The notes under the pieces were generated by a model. The model searched no databases and was not told where the DNA came from. It saw only the letters and a list, made by a program, of their open reading frames with translations. 64,000 nt of DNA, taken from NCBI GenBank assembly GCA_963705295.1, contig OY970065.1, forward strand, positions 320,001 to 384,000, in the 5' to 3' direction. Positions 9,635 through 18,641 of the stretch are shown in pieces. This DNA is from Parachlamydiales bacterium (GTDB taxonomy: Bacteria; Chlamydiota; Chlamydiia; Chlamydiales; Rhabdochlamydiaceae). Made by a program: the position numbers and the translations under genes. Position 1 is the stretch's first letter. Each line of letters starts with the position of its first letter.

Positions 9635-9687
9635 TTTTGTATACATCTCCCAAAGAATGTATACGAAAGTGCTGTTTTTGTATATAT
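9635..9687. promoter_or_regulatory. Candidate operator upstream of fic
   Basis: TTTTGTATACAT (9635-9646) and ATGTATACGAAA (9657-9668) are inverted at 11/12; a third TTTTGTATA copy lies near 9676. Confidence 0.4.
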
Positions 9688-9716
9688 TAACATTTAAGTT
9701 ATTGATTGTCAGGTAA

Positions 9717-10376
9717 TTAAAAGTCGGGATGCCAGCGGCGGAAAAAGTAAGGGTGATTGATTTCGGCAAGGCGTGTTTTGAGATCGGAAAGAACGACGCC
9801 TTTGCCGGCTCGGCTTTCGATGAGCGTATGAGAAGAAAGTGCGATGATGACATGTCCTTTCCAGACGATCAGATCGAGGGGTTTTAGAGGGGTATAAGGA
9901 GGAAGTTCTTGTCCAAAGTGGATGAGGTCGGAGGTGTTGCGGGGTGTAAAGCCAAGAGTCGCTTGGTAGAGAAGGCCGGAGCAATCGAGGCCTCGGCAGA
10001 GGGAGTCATCGGAAGGTTCGAGAGATGGATAGAGCTGGAGCATTTCTGGAATACCGTCTTTCCAATTTCCACCCCAGAAATACCGAGTTCCAAGGGAGTT
10101 TTGCAACCAGGGGAGGATGGACGAGCTTGGGGGGAGTTTCTTTTCAGCTGGAACGCCGGTGGTTAAGAATCTCTGATCAACATAGAGTGGAATTGAAGAT
10201 GGATAGGCCGGGGTGGTGACCTGAACGATGGTGTCTGAAAAGGGTTGGATGCAAGTGAATTCAGTACCGGGAAGGGCAATGGTTTCGATTTCGGTGAGAA
10301 AGCCACGATGGTCTTTCTTGAAAGAAAGTTCGGGCGTATTAAATATAGGGGTTGGATATTTCGCTATCGTTGACAT
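9717..10376 (-). CDS. NlpC/P60 cysteine endopeptidase; no signal peptide
   Basis: YFWGG...GLDCSGL...GHVII...LIES, consistent with a Cys-His-Glu triad. Confidence 0.85.
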   Translation of the reverse strand: MSTIAKYPTPIFNTPELSFKKDHRGFLTEIETIALPGTEFTCIQPFSDTIVQVTTPAYPSSIPLYVDQRFLTTGVPAEKKLPPSSSILPWLQNSLGTRYFWGGNWKDGIPEMLQLYPSLEPSDDSLCRGLDCSGLLYQATLGFTPRNTSDLIHFGQELPPYTPLKPLDLIVWKGHVIIALSSHTLIESRAGKGVVLSDLKTRLAEINHPYFFRRWHPDF

Positions 10377-10398
10377 AATCGTTTTATCTTTTTAGAGT
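10370..10398 (+). promoter_or_regulatory. Promoter of oppA, predicted leaderless
   Basis: TTGACA (10370-10375), 17 bp, TAGAGT (10393-10398), 6 nt, ATG 10405; no SD sequence. Confidence 0.65.
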
Positions 10399-10404
10399 CA
10401 TAAC

Positions 10405-11928
10405 ATGAAAAAATTGTTGTTCGTTGTTTGTATATTATTGATGGCCTGTTCATCAAAGCAAGAAAATGTTTTGCGTGTCAACATTGGAAGTGAGCCATCG
10501 ACGTTAGATCCACGGAAAGCAAGAGATTTGAATTCGATGACGCTGGTGAGGATGTTCTTTGATGGACTGACCCGGATCAATCAGCAGGAGGAAGCCGAGC
10601 TTGCTTTAGCGGAGAAGGTGGAGATTTCGGAAGACAAGAAAATTTATACGTTCACACTGCGGCCAGCATTGTGGTCCAATGGGGAAGCGGTGAAAGCAAC
10701 CGATTTCGTTGCAGCCTGGACGAAAGTTTTAGAGCCTCATTTCCCTGCTGATCAAGCGTTTCAACTCTATGTTCTCAAAAATGGCAAGGCTGCAAAAGAG
10801 GGAAAAGTCTCTGTCGATCAGGTTGGAGTAAAGGCGCTTGATGATCAAACACTCCAAGTCGAGCTGCAATATCCGATACCTTATTTCTTGGAACTGACGG
10901 CACTGCCGATTTTTTTCCCAATTCTTTCCAATCCTGAAATTTGCAATGGCCCTTTTCTCTTGAAAGAATGGAGACATGGTAATTTTTTGCGAGTGGTCAA
11001 AAATCCAAATTATTGGGATGCAGCTCATGTCAAATTGAATGAAATCGAACTGATGATGGTGAGTGAAGAGACCGAACTGAAGATGTTTGAAAAAGGAGAG
11101 CTCGACTGGGCTGGATCGCCGCTCTCGACACTCCCTGTCCAGGCGCTGGGACATTTGAAAGGGGTTCATGTAAAGCCATTTCTCGGGACGTATTTTTTCA
11201 GGACAAATATCGATGCGCAGCCGTTTCAACACCCTCTTATCCGGAAGGCTTTTACTCTGGCCCTCAAACGGTCCGACATCGTCCAATATATCACTCAGGG
11301 TGGACAACTTCCTGCCACAGGCCTTGTCCCTCCTTTTTTAGGAATAGCGACTATGCCATATTTTAAAGACGGAGATATTGAATTGGCAAAGACGGTGTTT
11401 GAGGAAGGGCTTTCAGCTTCAGGATGGACACGAGAAACGTTTCCTCCCATTACCCTTCTTTACGTTTCTAAAGAGCGGAATCATCTGATTGCTCAAGCGG
11501 TTCAACAACAATGGCTCGACCATTTGGGTGTCAAGATTCAGTTGCAGGCTGTCGAGAGAAAGGTGTTTTTCGATTCGATATCGAAAAAAAATTTCCAACT
11601 TGCAGCGGGAGATTGGACGGCCGATTTCAAAGATGGGATCAATTTTCTCGAGATTTTTAAATTCAAGTCCGGAGGATCGAATAACACTTCTTGGGAAAAT
11701 CCGGGATATCAGGAATTGCTCGACCAGGCGCTCGAAGCAAAGGAAGTGCATGAACGTCAGAAGATTTTAGGCGAATGTGAAGCGATCTTGATGCGCGAGA
11801 TGCCGATCATTCCACTTTTTCATTACACGCAACTCTATCTTTCTAAACCACATGTCAAAGATGTTGTCCTTTCCAGTTTGGGAAGTATTGACTTCAAATG
11901 GGCTTATGTGGATGAAAGAAAAGAGTGA
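10405..11928 (+). CDS. oppA: Oligopeptide ABC transporter substrate-binding lipoprotein
   Basis: Lipobox LMAC, EPSTLDP, YTFTLR...WSNGEAVKATDF, NGPFLL, KNPNYWD, MPIIPLF. Confidence 0.93.
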   Translation: MKKLLFVVCILLMACSSKQENVLRVNIGSEPSTLDPRKARDLNSMTLVRMFFDGLTRINQQEEAELALAEKVEISEDKKIYTFTLRPALWSNGEAVKATDFVAAWTKVLEPHFPADQAFQLYVLKNGKAAKEGKVSVDQVGVKALDDQTLQVELQYPIPYFLELTALPIFFPILSNPEICNGPFLLKEWRHGNFLRVVKNPNYWDAAHVKLNEIELMMVSEETELKMFEKGELDWAGSPLSTLPVQALGHLKGVHVKPFLGTYFFRTNIDAQPFQHPLIRKAFTLALKRSDIVQYITQGGQLPATGLVPPFLGIATMPYFKDGDIELAKTVFEEGLSASGWTRETFPPITLLYVSKERNHLIAQAVQQQWLDHLGVKIQLQAVERKVFFDSISKKNFQLAAGDWTADFKDGINFLEIFKFKSGGSNNTSWENPGYQELLDQALEAKEVHERQKILGECEAILMREMPIIPLFHYTQLYLSKPHVKDVVLSSLGSIDFKWAYVDERKE

Positions 11929-12401
11929 GATGGATTAAAGCGGCTCTTCTTTTTTTAGGATTTTGTTCTACCATTTGGGGTGGTACTGTCCATCTTGTCA
12001 ATGATTCCTCGATAAAATTGAGGGCAGAAATCCGTGCTGCCGATGGAACTTATTTAGGTGAAGTGATCGTCCCTCCTCAACAAAGTATGCAATGGAATAG
12101 TTATTTCGGCGCTGTGGGTCATCAGCAATATGCCGATATTTCTCAGACCCCCTATAGAGTTCTGTGGTTTTGTTCAACGGGAGAACAAAATCCTTTTTCC
12201 ATCTGTGATAATGTCTCTTCTGGATCGACGGTCACCGCCCTCTATTGTTCGGGGAATAGGGAATGTCCTCCGCAGCTAAAGCAAGAGAATCCTCCCCTTT
12301 ATGGTCAACCTCGTGAAAATTATCTTCCTGGGCAATTGCAGCAGCAGCAACAGCAGCAAACAGAGCAAGAGGCAGGGCCTCCTGAAGGGATGCAAGAGTA
12401 A
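11925..12401 (+). CDS. Secreted hypothetical protein with Cys residues and a Gln-rich tail
   Basis: Signal peptide, four Cys in the mature part, Q7 run; GTGA overlap with oppA. Confidence 0.75.
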   Translation: MRWIKAALLFLGFCSTIWGGTVHLVNDSSIKLRAEIRAADGTYLGEVIVPPQQSMQWNSYFGAVGHQQYADISQTPYRVLWFCSTGEQNPFSICDNVSSGSTVTALYCSGNRECPPQLKQENPPLYGQPRENYLPGQLQQQQQQQTEQEAGPPEGMQE

Positions 12402-12403
12402 AA

Positions 12404-13666
12404 TTACGAATCTCCGAGAGGAATTCCTTTCTCGTAGTTCACTTTTTTTAAGAATTTTCCATCTCGATCGAAAAGTGTGGCTGTTCCTTTTCCATTTTCA
12501 ATCTTCGAGATAGGCTTTTTTTCCCACTTTTTATAGTAAAGCCCTTTGACAATTGCATCGTCTTCATATTCTTCGACCAGCATCAGCTCTCCATCGAGAT
12601 ACCAAGCGAACGATTGACCGTGTTTCTTATTGTTGTGAATTTCTCTCTGGCTTTCAATCACACCATTTTCGTACCAGGTTTTTACCATCCCCTGCAACGT
12701 ATCATTTTTCCATTGAAGATACAGTTTTTTATCACCAGGGGAATGACAAGAGGTGTAGTATTCCCATTCGTCTCCGTTCTTCATCTCGTCTTTGACAGTG
12801 CACCGGGAAACTAAATGTCCTGCAGCATTGAACGTGTCAATGGTTCCATCGATAACTCCCGCATGGCATTCGATTAAATAGACAAGATGATTGTCATCAA
12901 AAACGGCTTGAGTGCCTTCCCCTTTCTCGACGTGAGCTATTTTTTCTCCTGCACGGTTAAAATATTCACCTTCCAGAAGGAGACCTTTTTCATAGGTTTC
13001 GGTATATTTGGGCTGGCTTAAGTTCCAAAAAGCTACGCATGAGCCGTGTTTTTCTCCTTCGAAGAAATCGATTTTTTCAGTGCAATTTCCCAAAGGATCA
13101 AAGACTTGGACAAGGCCATGGATCTGGTCTTTGACATGAGGGATTTCTTTAAATAGAGCGCCGGAAGGGTGGAAGTGGCGTGTCATTCCTTCTAAAAGCC
13201 CTTTCTCATAGTGGATTTTAGCAACCAGATGTCCTTCCTCATCGAAAACCAAACTATCGCCATCAAAAACCCATGTGAGTTGAGCAACAGCATTGACATC
13301 GGGCGTTCCTTCGATGACAAAAGCATCGATTTTTTTCTGTCCATTCGGGTGCCATTCGTAGAATTTTCCGTGAGCCCTTCCATTTTCGACTTCAAGGTAT
13401 TGCCACGGCCCGCCATTCGAATGGTAGGTCGTGATCTTGGATGATGTTTTTCCTTGGCTTGCTTTTCCAAAGACACGGACAACTTTTTGATACGGTTGCG
13501 GGTTCAAAAAGTCGGCTTTGTCATAGATCCCCAGCCTCTCTTTGGCGCTGATTGTTTCGGAAAACCCGTTTCGATCTAAAATTTGGATCGAACTCAGTTC
13601 ATTGGGATTTTGTGTTCTAGTCGCACATCCAGCTAAAACCACTGCTAAAAAAAGATATTTTCTCAT
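12404..13666 (-). CDS. MORN-repeat lipoprotein (YwqK-like repeats)
   Basis: Lipobox LAGC; many G..HG...W..NG repeats. Confidence 0.85.
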   Translation of the reverse strand: MRKYLFLAVVLAGCATRTQNPNELSSIQILDRNGFSETISAKERLGIYDKADFLNPQPYQKVVRVFGKASQGKTSSKITTYHSNGGPWQYLEVENGRAHGKFYEWHPNGQKKIDAFVIEGTPDVNAVAQLTWVFDGDSLVFDEEGHLVAKIHYEKGLLEGMTRHFHPSGALFKEIPHVKDQIHGLVQVFDPLGNCTEKIDFFEGEKHGSCVAFWNLSQPKYTETYEKGLLLEGEYFNRAGEKIAHVEKGEGTQAVFDDNHLVYLIECHAGVIDGTIDTFNAAGHLVSRCTVKDEMKNGDEWEYYTSCHSPGDKKLYLQWKNDTLQGMVKTWYENGVIESQREIHNNKKHGQSFAWYLDGELMLVEEYEDDAIVKGLYYKKWEKKPISKIENGKGTATLFDRDGKFLKKVNYEKGIPLGDS

Positions 13667-14286
13667 GGCATTCTTTTTATAAGTTCGAGTTGGATATTAT
13701 AGATCATTTCATCCCCTTTTTCTTTCTTTTTCTTCAGTTCAAAATTTTTAACGATAAGAAGGGGTTTAAAAGGATCTTTTCCCTCGATTGAATTCAAAAA
13801 TTTCCTAAGATCTTCATCGTTCATCTGGACAGGATTTTGCAGTTTGAGTTCGGTTTCTTGAAAATACGGGCCTTTTCTTTGAGTCTTTTCAACAAAGCGG
13901 ATCTGATTTTGCCCACTTTGTAAGAAAGCGAGTCTTTCATGCAGGGGACGTTTTTCAGGATATTGTTTGGCCAAGACCTGCACCCGTTGGAGTTCGGATA
14001 CGAGTAAAGGAATCGACTCGACCGCTTGAGATAGGTAAAGAGGGTCGCTTTTTTCGACCTGTTTCCAAACGACTTCTTCTCGTGTTTGTTTTTGCTGAAG
14101 AGTTTGAGCTTTTCGCTGCAGGATTTCAATGTGCTGTGCGGCCGATTTAAGATGAGAGTTTTCTTTTTCCAATACGACAACGACCCATCCCAAAGGGATG
14201 AGGGAAAGAGGGATGAGAAAAATACTCGTCTTTAAATTTTTCGCAAATTGAAAGAGAGTTTGTATGAGTTTTGTTCTACTGACCAT
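13663..14286 (-). CDS. Bitopic membrane protein with coiled coil, possibly GspM/PilN-O-like; start uncertain
   Basis: One N-terminal TM segment, a Q/K-rich helical region and a C-terminal alpha/beta domain. Confidence 0.6.
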   Translation of the reverse strand: MVSRTKLIQTLFQFAKNLKTSIFLIPLSLIPLGWVVVVLEKENSHLKSAAQHIEILQRKAQTLQQKQTREEVVWKQVEKSDPLYLSQAVESIPLLVSELQRVQVLAKQYPEKRPLHERLAFLQSGQNQIRFVEKTQRKGPYFQETELKLQNPVQMNDEDLRKFLNSIEGKDPFKPLLIVKNFELKKKKEKGDEMIYNIQLELIKRMP

Positions 14287-15446
14287 TGTACTTTTTGATT
14301 TTTATCAATAAATGTAGGAGCTTTTTCAACGGCATCTTGAAACCGGTGTGCAATTTCAGGGTTTTCTGCTGTAAATTCTATATCGACTTTAACGGAGTAA
14401 GGTTCGTGTTTTCCTCCTGCTTTCGGATATTGCACCAGAGTGTAGTTGAACTGGATGATATCGACAGGCTCTTGAAGCTCACTGAGCCAAGCGACGACCT
14501 CTCGAGCAGAAGGGAGATCGGGAACTAAGGGAAAAGCTTTCGCATCTTTTGAGATCTTCTGCTCCCAAGCTTCTATTTTTTTATCGAGCGATAAATTCGA
14601 AGTAAAATATTGGTTAATCCGCTGGTGAAGGAAATGTCTTCGAATCGATAAAATCCCTGTTCCAAAGGTTCCAACAATCACGGCAAGACCGAGTGAGACA
14701 GCTAGAGATTTTTTCATCCAACTCTGCTTTTTCTTCGTTTCCCTTGAAGAAACAAACGGGCCTTGCCTAAATTGACACCCGTTTTCGGCCAGACCTTCCA
14801 ATGCCAGGCCGATAGGCACCGCATATTCAAAGAGGTGTTCATAGGTATAATTTTGAAAGCCGGGGCCACCCTGTGTAGGCACCGTGAAAAAATGGCTAAA
14901 TTTATTTTTGAGATAAGCTTGCAGCCGGGGCTCATCTTCCATGGATTGAGAAAAAACAACTTTCTTTCCTTCAAGAGCAATCGCTGTATTTCCATAGTGG
15001 AGAGTCAGAAAAGGATGGTCTGGAAATAGCAGTCGAGAAAATTGAGCAAGGGCTAGTGGAGTGCATGATATTTGATCACGATCAACACCCATTGCATCGA
15101 TGTGTTTCTGAAGAGCATCCTTGGTTGTTGCAAACACAACCACCTCTCCTCCAGGATAGATAAATGGGTAAACCAAAGTTTCATCGAGGGGAAAAGGAAG
15201 GAGACTTTCTAATTGAAAAGGAAGCGCCTTCAGAATCGCTTTTTCATTCTTGAGCTCCAGGGATAAATCGCGCCGCACCACATCTTCAGCAGACAATCCA
15301 GAGATAATTTTTAAATTTTTTTCTTTAAAAAGATCTTGCGGGATTTCTGAATACTCTTCTAATTTGTCTAAAGTCAGCTGATTGTTTGCTTTAGAAAATA
15401 TAGCAACTTTAACCCGGTCTCCAACCGTTATTCCCGCATAACGCAT
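14232..15446 (-). CDS. Bitopic membrane protein, possibly GspL/PilM-like
   Basis: LPFQLESLLPFPLDET motif, large N-terminal domain, one TM near aa 248-268, C-terminal domain. Confidence 0.6.
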   Translation of the reverse strand: MRYAGITVGDRVKVAIFSKANNQLTLDKLEEYSEIPQDLFKEKNLKIISGLSAEDVVRRDLSLELKNEKAILKALPFQLESLLPFPLDETLVYPFIYPGGEVVVFATTKDALQKHIDAMGVDRDQISCTPLALAQFSRLLFPDHPFLTLHYGNTAIALEGKKVVFSQSMEDEPRLQAYLKNKFSHFFTVPTQGGPGFQNYTYEHLFEYAVPIGLALEGLAENGCQFRQGPFVSSRETKKKQSWMKKSLAVSLGLAVIVGTFGTGILSIRRHFLHQRINQYFTSNLSLDKKIEAWEQKISKDAKAFPLVPDLPSAREVVAWLSELQEPVDIIQFNYTLVQYPKAGGKHEPYSVKVDIEFTAENPEIAHRFQDAVEKAPTFIDKNQKVQWSVEQNSYKLSFNLRKI

Positions 15447-15450
15447 AAGG

Positions 15451-15478
15451 TTGGATTTTATCGGAAAAGTGTTATAAT
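15451..15478 (+). promoter_or_regulatory. Extended -10 promoter of yggT
   Basis: TTGGAT, 16 bp, TG-n-TATAAT (15473-15478), 9 nt before ATG 15488. Confidence 0.6.
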
Positions 15479-15487
15479 GGCTACACT

Positions 15488-15736
15488 ATGGTTAGATACA
15501 TCCATTATATTTTTTTAGTTTATACCGCCCTTTTGGCCGTTCGGATCATCGCATCGTGGTTTCCCTCGACACGAGGACAACCTTGGATGCAGTGGGTCGC
15601 CCGATTTACCGACCCGTATCTGAATGTGTTCCGCCGCGTGATCCCTCCCATCGGGGGAGTTCTCGACTTAAGTCCCATGCTCGCCTTTTTCGCCCTCCAA
15701 TTTCTCGAGTTTATTGCCACCTATCCCTTTCGATGA
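15488..15736 (+). CDS. yggT: YggT family membrane protein
   Basis: RIIASW...TDPYLNVFRRVIPPIGGVLDLSP. Confidence 0.92.
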   Translation: MVRYIHYIFLVYTALLAVRIIASWFPSTRGQPWMQWVARFTDPYLNVFRRVIPPIGGVLDLSPMLAFFALQFLEFIATYPFR

Positions 15737-15993
15737 TCGAGCTGAGGGTTATTTTTCGAGGAACGGTTCAAGGAGTCGGTTTCCGAGCCACCACCAAAAG
15801 AAAAGCCGATGAGCTTGGTTTAAAGGGATTTGTGCGCAATCTTTCCGATGGCAGTGTAGAACTTGTTGCTCAGGGTAAAAAAGAAGCCTTTAAGACGCTT
15901 CTCCAATTTCTCCATCAACAATTCAAAGTTGATGAGATTTCTGAGAACACCACGTCTCCTTCTAAGATCTATGCAGAATTCACGTTACTTTGA
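15733..15993 (+). CDS. acyP: Acylphosphatase
   Basis: GTVQGVGFR and GFVRNLSDGSVE. Confidence 0.93.
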   Translation: MIELRVIFRGTVQGVGFRATTKRKADELGLKGFVRNLSDGSVELVAQGKKEAFKTLLQFLHQQFKVDEISENTTSPSKIYAEFTLL

Positions 15994-16324
15994 AACTATT
16001 GACCATCTGTTCCATGAGGTCTAGGGTGAGGAGAAGATCGGAAGGGTTAGCTTGCTCAGGAGTTTCTTGCAAAGCCTCGATATATCTTTTGAACTCTGCG
16101 TAAACCTTGTCTGCTAACTTTTCCCCTTCATCCTTATGATAGACACCCGTGGTCTTGTGGTGCCAATCCATCTGACGACTCACATCAATGAACTTTTGCA
16201 TTTCCTCTTGCAAAAGGTCGATGTCTCTCGTTGAATGAACTAATTTTTTAAATTCAATGCACGTATTGCGGAAGAATCGATGGAGCTCTTCTCCTGGTTT
16301 CCCAAAATTTGTTGGTAGTGACAT
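15980..16324 (-). CDS. Hypothetical helical protein
   Basis: 114-aa ORF with GGAG RBS, filling the gap between genes. Confidence 0.7.
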   Translation of the reverse strand: MSLPTNFGKPGEELHRFFRNTCIEFKKLVHSTRDIDLLQEEMQKFIDVSRQMDWHHKTTGVYHKDEGEKLADKVYAEFKRYIEALQETPEQANPSDLLLTLDLMEQMVNSFKVT

Positions 16325-16416
16325 AATTTCTCCAGGTTATCATACGAAGATTATGGTTACAAACGAAAATTTTAATGTGTTGTTTTATTCAAGAGTAGAG
16401 ATAAAATATAATAACT

Positions 16417-18036
16417 ATGACAACTTTCACAGTAAAATTAAATAATTCCACTATCTCTTGGAATGAAGCTGAAGTTCAGCAAAAACTCGAAAGGATCGGC
16501 CACGCTGATAAAAAAGTAGGCTGGATCACAGAATATCTCAATGTCGAGTCTTCCTCTAAAATAGGTCGCATTTTCTGGACTTATGTCGGTAAGTATTTCC
16601 AGTTCTTGAGACATTTTTTCTATGGTGTCGACCTTGAGAAGTCCAAATCGATCTTGACCCAGCTCCGCCCTCAAATCAGTGACCCATTGAGAGACGTATT
16701 TGATAGAGCTTTGGCAAAGTTCGAAACAATTGCCCCGCGCCATCGATTGGAAAAGTGGAGCAGGCCTATCCAACACCCTCCCCAAAATCCTACAAAATCT
16801 CGTTCAGTAGCGGAGTTGATGGAGCATTACGATCGGTCCTGGGACCCTGTTACGGCTCAATTCCATAAGAGTGCCCCTTTCGATATCGAGAGAGTGGAAC
16901 TCTTGATGAGAAAATTTATTGAAACAATGGGAACTCCTCACGACGCTTCCGTTTGTGTTGGTTTTATTGAGAAAATAGATTTTCCTCGCGAAACAAGAAT
17001 TTTTGTCCGGGCTGATTTACACGGAGATCTAAAAAGCCCTTTAGAGAACCTCAAAACTTTAAGAAAGCAAGGATTATTAGATGAAAACTATCGGTGTAAA
17101 GCGGATGTACATCTCCTTTTCCTGGGCGACTATCTCGACAGAGGGCTCTATTGTTTGCAGCTTTTAGAACTCTTGATGACACTGAAATTACAAGATCCAG
17201 AACAGGTGACACTCCTCCGCGGAAATCATGAACATATACAGATCAATAGGGATTATGAATCTGATCCTGTGTTTAAAGCTTTTTCTGATCGATATGGGCA
17301 TGTCTTGAAAGAATTTTACGAAACTCTCCCCCTTACCATTTGTATCAGTGAAATCAATCCTGAAGGAAAAAGACACTATGTCCATTTTACTCACGGAATG
17401 TTTCCACTCTCACAAGACCCTTCTGAGCTTTTGCAAAGCACTGATGATCATGTTTTCCAATTTGTGCCTAAGAAATCAAAAGCGAGCGAGCGAGTCCACA
17501 ATCTCCTTTCGAAACCTTTAGAAGAACCCCCATCTACAGATGCTAAAGCTGTGCGGAAGTATGAAAAACGGTGTCGAGATATTGAAAGATTTGCCGAGCT
17601 CTTCGTCGAGAATCGCGAAAGAAAAGATGTCCGTCCAACATTATGTCTGTATAACTGGGGTGATGTTCAAAAAGGGAATGATCAGGCTGTCACGAAATTG
17701 GGTGATCCTTCTTCTCGAGATTGGAAAATCAGTCCTACTGATGTCAAGGTTTGCTTAAGGATTTTTGCCGTTGAACACCCCATTAAAGTGGTGTTTCGAG
17801 GACACGAACACGAACTTCGACACCATACTCTTAAAGGGAAAGTTGTTGTAACAACCCTGCCTGTCGGAATGGAATCGAAGTATGCAGAACTTTTTCCAAA
17901 TCAACTTGATACCGCGTACGTTTTGACAACAGGACGATCCATTGACAAATGGACCAAGCAAGCTTATCTTCGCAAACCAGGACAAAGTGAAGTCGTGGTC
18001 ACAAAGCATTACCCTATTCGGAGCACCGAGATTTAA
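16417..18036 (+). CDS. PPP-family Ser/Thr phosphatase (metallophosphoesterase) with a long N-terminal extension
   Basis: DLHG, GDYLDRG, RGNHE, HG, WGD and RGHE motifs. Confidence 0.88.
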   Translation: MTTFTVKLNNSTISWNEAEVQQKLERIGHADKKVGWITEYLNVESSSKIGRIFWTYVGKYFQFLRHFFYGVDLEKSKSILTQLRPQISDPLRDVFDRALAKFETIAPRHRLEKWSRPIQHPPQNPTKSRSVAELMEHYDRSWDPVTAQFHKSAPFDIERVELLMRKFIETMGTPHDASVCVGFIEKIDFPRETRIFVRADLHGDLKSPLENLKTLRKQGLLDENYRCKADVHLLFLGDYLDRGLYCLQLLELLMTLKLQDPEQVTLLRGNHEHIQINRDYESDPVFKAFSDRYGHVLKEFYETLPLTICISEINPEGKRHYVHFTHGMFPLSQDPSELLQSTDDHVFQFVPKKSKASERVHNLLSKPLEEPPSTDAKAVRKYEKRCRDIERFAELFVENRERKDVRPTLCLYNWGDVQKGNDQAVTKLGDPSSRDWKISPTDVKVCLRIFAVEHPIKVVFRGHEHELRHHTLKGKVVVTTLPVGMESKYAELFPNQLDTAYVLTTGRSIDKWTKQAYLRKPGQSEVVVTKHYPIRSTEI

Positions 18037-18632
18037 AAAGATGAGAGGCTTTCAAAGAAAAGATGGAGTTTATCGAGGGCTTTGCGACGGTGGGAGATCC
18101 GGTTTTTGAGGGTTTCATCGATTTCTGAAAACGATTTACCGTATTCGTATTTGACGAAGAGGCTATCGTAGCCGAACCCTTTCCCTCCTTTCTCTTCATG
18201 GAGGATGGTCCCTTCGCAGACGCCACGGACGCATTTTTGGAGTCCTTGGGGACTGGCGATGGCGAGCCAACATTCAAAATAAGCTTGTCGGTGGGGATCG
18301 GAGATGGGTTGCATGTCTTGAAGGAGTTTTTTTCGATTTTCAACATCGGTTGCGGTATCGCCTGCAAACCGGGCGGATAAAACACCGGGCGCACCTTGAA
18401 GGGCAGGAACGACAAGTCCGGTGTCATCGGCAAGAACCCACCGATGGAGAATTTTTGCAGCGTGTGTCGCTTTTTGGATCACATTTTCTTCGAATGTCTT
18501 ACCATTTTCAGGAAGTGGATTATAATTAGGAAAGTCGAGAAGAGAAAGGACATCGAGTTGTTTATAAGATTTGAGCATAGCGCGGAGTTCACGGATTTTG
18601 TGAACATTGCGGCTAGCAATGACTAGTTGCAT
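18033..18632 (-). CDS. rdgB: Non-canonical purine NTP pyrophosphatase (HAM1/RdgB)
   Basis: ASRNVHK, ADDTGL, PGVLSARF, GFGYDSLF, KNRISHR. Confidence 0.96.
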   Translation of the reverse strand: MQLVIASRNVHKIRELRAMLKSYKQLDVLSLLDFPNYNPLPENGKTFEENVIQKATHAAKILHRWVLADDTGLVVPALQGAPGVLSARFAGDTATDVENRKKLLQDMQPISDPHRQAYFECWLAIASPQGLQKCVRGVCEGTILHEEKGGKGFGYDSLFVKYEYGKSFSEIDETLKNRISHRRKALDKLHLFFESLSSF

Positions 18633-18641
18633 GACGTTTCC

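Noticed and set aside
12340..12360. CAG/CAA poly-Gln run as a contingency locus
   Set aside because: Only seven codons, interrupted and in frame; most likely a low-complexity tail.
12404..13666. YwqK antitoxin of a toxin-antitoxin pair
   Set aside because: Similarity is limited to MORN repeats, the protein is a lipoprotein and no toxin gene is adjacent.
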